The notes beneath the pieces are model-generated. The model was not told the DNA's origin and did not search any database. It saw only the letters and a program-made list of their open reading frames with translations. Shown piece by piece: positions 58,533 through 64,000 of a stretch of 64,000 nt of DNA. Source of the stretch: Treponema sp. (GTDB taxonomy: Bacteria; Spirochaetota; Spirochaetia; Treponematales; Treponemataceae); assembly GCA_024682655.1 (NCBI GenBank), contig JAIKYZ010000027.1, positions 1,071-65,070 of the forward strand. Reading direction: 5' to 3'. The translations under genes were made by a program, and so were the position numbers. Position 1 is the first letter of the stretch; every line of letters begins with the position of its first letter.

Positions 58533-59018
58533 TTAAACCTCTAATTTGATTTCTCTTCCTGTTCTTTTGTATTTTATAACTTCAACACCAGCGGTTTTAA
58601 GTAATTCTTTTGAAACAATATTCATTGGGGTTCCGTCATATTTGTCGGAATCGTAAATTACTGTTTTTATTCCAGCTTGAATTATTGCTTTTGCACATTC
58701 ATTGCAGGGAAAAAGTGTTACGTAAAGTTTTGTGCCTTGAAGCGAACCGCCCCGGTAATTTAAGATTGCATTTAATTCACTGTGTACAACGTAAGGGTAT
58801 TTTGTATCGATTTGATCACCTTCGCGGGCCCAGGGAAATTTTTCATCTGAGCAGCCAAGTGGAAAACCGTTGTAGCCCATAGAAAGGATTTTATTTTCCT
58901 GACTAACAATGCAGGCTCCAACCTGAGAGTTTGGATCTTTTGAACGAAGCGCAGAAAGTGCTGCGATTCCCATAAAATATTCGTCCCAACTTATGTAGTC
59001 TTGTCTTTTTGCTATCAT
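58533..59018 (-). CDS. dCMP deaminase (ComEB-like)
   Basis: RSKDPNSQVGAC, GYNG, HSELNAI, TLFPCNECAK. Confidence 0.93.
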   Translation of the reverse strand: MIAKRQDYISWDEYFMGIAALSALRSKDPNSQVGACIVSQENKILSMGYNGFPLGCSDEKFPWAREGDQIDTKYPYVVHSELNAILNYRGGSLQGTKLYVTLFPCNECAKAIIQAGIKTVIYDSDKYDGTPMNIVSKELLKTAGVEVIKYKRTGREIKLEV

Positions 59019-59097
59019 AAATAGTCCTGAAAATAAGATATATTATTTTAACTGAAGATATACATTTGAACAAGATGTGTAAATCTGCACTAAAATT

Positions 59098-59916
59098 CTA
59101 TTCAAAGATTTTATCCAAATCCTCGTCTTCCAGATATTTGTATTCTCCGGCCTCAAGTTCTAAATCTAAGGGCAGATTACCAATTTTAATACGCTTTAAA
59201 AATATTACTTTATTTCCAACCGCCTGGAACATTCTTTTTACCTGATGATATTTTCCTTCCTGAATAGTTAAAATTGCAAGATTCTGGGCCTTAATTTGCT
59301 CAAGAGGCATAACTTCTTCAATAGAACTTTTTCCCAGGTAAATCTTTGCTTCTTCCAAATCTGGAAATCTTACTCTGGCACTCTGGCAGGTAAAGCCTTC
59401 TTCGTTATCTTCCGGGCCCACGGTAATTCCTTCAAGAAATTTCTTTTTGATTTCTTCCTGACTCTGGGGATTTTCACTTTTTTCCAAGAGGCAGAAATAA
59501 GTTTTATCAACATGATTTTTTGGCGAAATTAAACGATGAGTTAATTCCCCGTCGGTGGTAAATAAAAGCAGGCCTTCGGTGTCCATATCAAGTCGGCCAA
59601 CAAGATGAAGTTTATCCTGCAGATATGGAGTTTTCATGTCCTCATCAAGTAAATCAAAGACAGTTTGATGTTCCCCGTCTTTATTTGATGAGATTGTGTG
59701 CATGATTTTATTCATCATCAGATAAATGTGGCCGTGAAGATTGATTTCTTCGCCATCGACACTTATCTGATCATTTTGGCTGTCTATTCCAAATCCTGGA
59801 TCAAAAATCTGTTTTCCATTTACAAGAACCTGACAAGATCTGAGTAATTTTTTTATATCTTTTCTTGAACCAAAACCTTCGTGAGATAATAGTTTATCAA
59901 TTCTTTCTTTACTCAT
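59098..59916 (-). CDS. RsuA-family rRNA pseudouridine synthase
   Basis: S4 domain RIDKLL; GRLDMDTEGLL; EGKYHQVKRM. Confidence 0.92.
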   Translation of the reverse strand: MSKERIDKLLSHEGFGSRKDIKKLLRSCQVLVNGKQIFDPGFGIDSQNDQISVDGEEINLHGHIYLMMNKIMHTISSNKDGEHQTVFDLLDEDMKTPYLQDKLHLVGRLDMDTEGLLLFTTDGELTHRLISPKNHVDKTYFCLLEKSENPQSQEEIKKKFLEGITVGPEDNEEGFTCQSARVRFPDLEEAKIYLGKSSIEEVMPLEQIKAQNLAILTIQEGKYHQVKRMFQAVGNKVIFLKRIKIGNLPLDLELEAGEYKYLEDEDLDKIFE

Positions 59917-59986
59917 TGATGACTCCTGTAAATAAAAGTTACTTTCTTACTTGAAAATCAGCAAGGGTAAAATAAGCTGGAATCAC

Positions 59987-61348
59987 TTATTTTCTTTCTG
60001 TAAGAGGAATAAATTTTCTTTCGGCAGAAACGTTCTTGTAAGCTGGACGGTAGATTCTTCCGCCAGAAATTATTTCCTCTATACGGTGAGCAGACCAACC
60101 GGCAATTCTGGAAATTGCAAAGATTGGAGTAAAGAGTTCACGTGGAATATCAAGCATAGAATAAACAAAACCAGAGTATAAGTCGACATTTGCACAAATT
60201 GGTTTATCTGAATGATGAACTTCCTGAATAATTTTTGGAGTTACTCTTTCGATTGTATCGTAAAGATTGAATTCATCCATAAATCCTTTTTCTTTTGCCA
60301 ATTCTTTTGCTTTTTGTTTAAGTAAAACTTCACGAGGATCACTGATTGTATAAACTGCATGACCCATACCATAAACAAGTCCTGAATTATCAAAAGCTTC
60401 TTTTTGAGCAATTTTTCTAATGTAGTCTGAGACTTCTTTTTCGCTGCTCCAGTCTTTTACATTTTCTTTGATATCATCCATCATTTCGATTACTTTGATA
60501 TTTGCTCCACCATGACGACGTCCTTTTAAAGAACCAATAGCCGCTGCAATGGCTGAGTAAGTATCTGTATCTGCCGAAGAAACTACGTGAACTGTAAGTG
60601 AGGAGTTGTTACCTCCACCATGTTCTGCGTGAAGAATTAAAGCCAAATCCAAAGTTTCTGCTTCAAGTCTTGTATACTGCTTATCTGATCTTATAAGTCT
60701 TAAGAAGTTTTCGGCAGTTGAAAGTTCAGGCTTTGGATTGTGAACGTACATTGATTTATCATCATAATATCTTCTTTTTGCCTGATAACCGTAAGCTGCA
60801 ATTGTAGAAAAACGTGCAATTAACTGTAAACACTGGCGAACAATATTTGCAACAGAGCGGTCTTCTGGATTGTCATCATAAGAATAAGATGCAAGAACAC
60901 CACGGGCCATCTTGTTCATAATATCGTTTGAAGGTGCTTTCATAATCATGTCTTCGGTAAAGTTTGGAGGAAGTACACGGCATTCACCAAGATAATTTGA
61001 AAATTTTGTTAACTGGTCCTGATTTGGAAGTTCACCAAAAACCAGAAGATATGCAATCTGTTCAAAACCAAATTGTTTATTTTTTTCTGCATCGTGAATT
61101 AAATCTTCAACATTATAGCCACGGTAAATCAGACGTCCTGGAACTGCAATTTTCTGTCCGTTTTTAATTTCATAACCAACTACATCACCAATTCTTGTAA
61201 GACCTACAAGAACACCAGTGCCGTTTGCGTTTCTTAAACCTCTTTTAACATCATATTTAACATATAAATCTGGATTGATTGGATCGTTGTGTATGGCGAG
61301 TTTTTCAAGTTTCTTGAGAATTGCCAGTTTTTCTTTTTCTGTAGACAT
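59987..61348 (-). CDS. gltA: citrate synthase
   Basis: HAEHGGG, HGGAN, GMGHAVY, DPR, ANVDLYSG, FAISRIAGW; start probably the second ATG. Confidence 0.92.
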   Translation of the reverse strand: MSTEKEKLAILKKLEKLAIHNDPINPDLYVKYDVKRGLRNANGTGVLVGLTRIGDVVGYEIKNGQKIAVPGRLIYRGYNVEDLIHDAEKNKQFGFEQIAYLLVFGELPNQDQLTKFSNYLGECRVLPPNFTEDMIMKAPSNDIMNKMARGVLASYSYDDNPEDRSVANIVRQCLQLIARFSTIAAYGYQAKRRYYDDKSMYVHNPKPELSTAENFLRLIRSDKQYTRLEAETLDLALILHAEHGGGNNSSLTVHVVSSADTDTYSAIAAAIGSLKGRRHGGANIKVIEMMDDIKENVKDWSSEKEVSDYIRKIAQKEAFDNSGLVYGMGHAVYTISDPREVLLKQKAKELAKEKGFMDEFNLYDTIERVTPKIIQEVHHSDKPICANVDLYSGFVYSMLDIPRELFTPIFAISRIAGWSAHRIEEIISGGRIYRPAYKNVSAERKFIPLTERK

Positions 61349-61457
61349 CTTTGCCCCCATGAAAATGTATAAATATACAAGAATTGCCCTTTGAAATTAC
61401 ATAATTATACGAAACTGAGATAACAAATTCAATAATTTTGGGAAAATTTGCAAAAAA

Positions 61458-62219
61458 TTAATGGGACTTTCTGTAAAAACCTATAGAAGCGGGAATGTTT
61501 TTTGTTGATTTTGCACAAATATATCCAAACTCAGGACAATACATGGCACTTGAATGACCGCCGTCAAATTCCAGACCATCAGAGCAGTTTAATTCCTGTA
61601 ATAAAGCGGCACATTCTTGGTAAGTCATTCCGGAAAGATCTGTTTTTAGGCTGGAAGTTACACAAAGCAGGTAAAGGAATCTGCCGTCTGAACTTAAACC
61701 ACAGGCTGTGCGGGATCTTTTATATTTTTTGAATTCCTGAATTTGATTATCCTGTAAAATTGTAAAATAAGCCCCAATAAGGGTTGGGTATTTTGCAATT
61801 TCTTCTGAGCTTTGGTTTTTTATTACTTTTGCCCTCAGTTGATTTTCTTCGTTAAAATAAAAGGCCAGGGCAGAATATTTTTCCTGGGCTTGAGATAAAA
61901 TCTGGTCATTAAATTTATTAAGGCCCAGAAGCTGGCATTGATTATTTTGGTCGTAATAGTAGGGTGTAGAGTTGATTGCATAATCAAGGTCATTTTCTTC
62001 TGCAAAATCTGAAACAGAGTAAAATTCCTGGGTGTTTATGCCCAAAACTAAAGAGACGGAATTTAAATCAATTTTACTTATGTAGGCGGTGGCATTCCTT
62101 AATTTAATTGGAGGAATGTAATCCTGGCTAAAATCAATTTCCGACCAGTTTGTTGTCTGGCAGGAAATTAAAGCGAATAGAAATAATGTAGAAAAAAAAT
62201 ATAGTATTTTTCTTTGCAT
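61458..62219 (-). CDS. phosphodiester glycosidase (NAGPA-like) family lipoprotein
   Basis: lipobox ALISC; RSRTACG; GMTYQE; FDGGHSS. Confidence 0.75.
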   Translation of the reverse strand: MQRKILYFFSTLFLFALISCQTTNWSEIDFSQDYIPPIKLRNATAYISKIDLNSVSLVLGINTQEFYSVSDFAEENDLDYAINSTPYYYDQNNQCQLLGLNKFNDQILSQAQEKYSALAFYFNEENQLRAKVIKNQSSEEIAKYPTLIGAYFTILQDNQIQEFKKYKRSRTACGLSSDGRFLYLLCVTSSLKTDLSGMTYQECAALLQELNCSDGLEFDGGHSSAMYCPEFGYICAKSTKNIPASIGFYRKSH

Positions 62220-62224
62220 AAAAC

Positions 62225-62848
62225 TTATTGGTGTTTAGTTGCAAATCTTTGAGAAGGAGTTACAATCCACAGGGCTTCAACGTCGCTGTCTCCGGCATTT
62301 TCCAAAAAGTGAGGAACTCCGGCCGAAAAAGAAACACTGTCGCCTTCTTCAAGAATATATTCTGTGTTGTCGTAAGTAAGTTTGATTTTTCCTTTGATTA
62401 TAAGACCAATTTCTCGTCCAATATGACCGTAAGAACCGTGGTGAGTATGAGTTCCTACAGGGATTTTAAGAATATAACTTTCCATAGAATTATTTTTATC
62501 GCTATTATTCTGTGGAGCTGCTAATTCTTCGTAAACAATTCCATCTTCGTCAATAGTTGGTCTTTCATGAGATCTGATAATATTTACTGGTCTGGATTTT
62601 CTATATTCTTCAAAGAGGAATTCAAGATTTATATCAAGAACATCTGCAAGGGAAAGTAAAGTGTCGATTGCAGGGCTAACGTGGTTTCTTTCAATCTGAG
62701 AAACAAGACTTTCACTTACTCCTGCTTTTTGAGCTACAACTTTTAAGGTATAGCCCTTTTCTTCTCGAACTTTTCTAAGTTTTTCCCCAAAGTGATAAGG
62801 TACTTTGTTCTTTTTTTCTGAGGTTGAATTATTTTGCGAAGGTGTCAT
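62225..62848 (-). CDS. XRE-family HTH regulator with cupin domain
   Basis: LRKVREEKGYTLKVVAQKAGVSESLVSQIERN; EGDSVSFSAGVPH; start probably MTPSQ. Confidence 0.9.
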   Translation of the reverse strand: MTPSQNNSTSEKKNKVPYHFGEKLRKVREEKGYTLKVVAQKAGVSESLVSQIERNHVSPAIDTLLSLADVLDINLEFLFEEYRKSRPVNIIRSHERPTIDEDGIVYEELAAPQNNSDKNNSMESYILKIPVGTHTHHGSYGHIGREIGLIIKGKIKLTYDNTEYILEEGDSVSFSAGVPHFLENAGDSDVEALWIVTPSQRFATKHQ

Positions 62849-63902
62849 TATTTTGTTTCTCCTGGTTTTGCTCTGTAACAAACTGAATAAAGTAGTCTTC
62901 TAGAGTTTTTTTAGGACCTTCCTGGTGCCATCTTGCTCTAGAGCGTGCATTATCTCTTCGAATTGTGTACATAGTGTAAAAGTCTCTATAATCTAATCCC
63001 GCATCGGCTTTTACGTGTTCGCCAAGGAATTTTGAAACTTCATCACGTCCAATAGCCGAAATCCCCTGTTCCTTGAGGTTTCGTCTTAAAAGGGCTATTT
63101 GTTCAAAAGAAATTCCAAAAAGGAACTCTTCCATTGCCTGTGCAACTCCGTTGTCTCCCATTTTTCTTTTGATAAATGAAATCCACTGGTCATCCATCTG
63201 CATAGAAATCATAAGTAATTCTGAGGTCCCCATCATTGTTCCAAAAGCAGGGGCCAGTCTTCTACGTGCAGTCCAAACTGCCTGAAGAACAGGTGCTACA
63301 GTTTCTATTGTCTGATCATTCCAGTGTTCCCACAAAAGTAAAAGTGACATTGCCCATTGTCTGCGGAATTCCATTGGCTGGCTTTGATCGCAAATAAGGT
63401 TCATGTAAACATCTTCTACCAAAAGAGAGAACATAGAAAGTATAGTTTCGTTTTCAAATTTTTTTGAGATAGCTTCAAATTCTGTGCCCAGGTGTTTTGC
63501 ATATTTTGAAAATGAAGATAAGGTATGAGCCTTTGCAACTAAAAGTGCCTTTCCTAAAATTGCTTTTGATGGCAGTTGTAAAGTCTTATCGCCTTCTACC
63601 TGGTGTTTAATCAAAGAATCAATTAAAGTTTTTGGAGTTCTGGTTCCACCTGTTAATTCATGACGTTCCAAAAGGGAAGGGAATTTTGCAATCGACTGGG
63701 CCATTCCTTCAAGGTCGGCAATACGATTATAAAAAATTTCAGCCCTTTCCTTATCATTTTTTTCAATGACAGGCATAAGCTCATTGATTAAGCCATTTTG
63801 ACGAGGTGTAAATATTGCTGCTTTATCGTTGATATCTTCTTTTTCGTCTTTATCAAAAAAACTGTTAATATCAACCTTTTCGAATTCTAATGTGTCTGCC
63901 AT
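62829..63902 (-). CDS. hypothetical protein (357 aa, predicted helical)
   Basis: long ORF; no family recognised; 3' end overlaps the XRE gene start. Confidence 0.75.
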   Translation of the reverse strand: MADTLEFEKVDINSFFDKDEKEDINDKAAIFTPRQNGLINELMPVIEKNDKERAEIFYNRIADLEGMAQSIAKFPSLLERHELTGGTRTPKTLIDSLIKHQVEGDKTLQLPSKAILGKALLVAKAHTLSSFSKYAKHLGTEFEAISKKFENETILSMFSLLVEDVYMNLICDQSQPMEFRRQWAMSLLLLWEHWNDQTIETVAPVLQAVWTARRRLAPAFGTMMGTSELLMISMQMDDQWISFIKRKMGDNGVAQAMEEFLFGISFEQIALLRRNLKEQGISAIGRDEVSKFLGEHVKADAGLDYRDFYTMYTIRRDNARSRARWHQEGPKKTLEDYFIQFVTEQNQEKQNNDTFAK

Positions 63903-64000
63903 ATTCTTTGCTGAACTTTAATTATTTTGAATATCTTTATCCACATTATAAATCAAAAAATTCATTTTTTCCACCGATAATTGAAATATGCGTAAATATA

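Noticed and set aside
58533-59018. Anti-phage dCTP deaminase
   Set aside because: 161-aa stand-alone ComEB/dCMP deaminase type without the kinase-like domain, in housekeeping context.

Overview
Low-GC spirochaete chromosome segment, most likely a Treponema-like organism. The basis for that is gene order (rpoC-rpsL-rpsG; tuf-S10-spc-secY-rpmJ-alpha with no adk/map/infA; PilZ/DUF192/cNMP-protein/murB/cysS/ECF-sigma block), an archaeal/spirochaete-type pyrH and several lipoproteins. Bases 1-21 kb hold the end of rpoC and the ribosomal superoperon. fusA is absent; a GNAT-Nudix fusion gene and a ~465-nt structured leader sit between rpsG and tuf. The operon ends with an uncharacterised small basic Zn-ribbon ORF. 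The rest is housekeeping (murB, cysS, pyrH, radC, htrA, uvrB, rpmB, livHMGF, tkt, prs, fhs, dCMP deaminase, RsuA-type synthase, citrate synthase, tRNA-Arg(CCT)) mixed with second-messenger signalling genes and several GC-rich palindromic intergenic elements. No transposase, integrase, prophage or CRISPR array was found. Best leads: (1) an Apyc1-like metallo-beta-lactamase cyclic-nucleotide phosphodiesterase adjacent to a receiver-like/RsbW-type kinase/cNMP-binding fusion protein, a candidate cNMP-gated partner-switching system; (2) the long tuf leader, with a uORF and a mutually exclusive stem at the SD; (3) a candidate lineage-specific ribosomal protein after rplQ; (4) a three-copy two-hairpin motif with compensatory base changes upstream of liv. 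All family assignments are by motif recognition from memory; no database searches were run.
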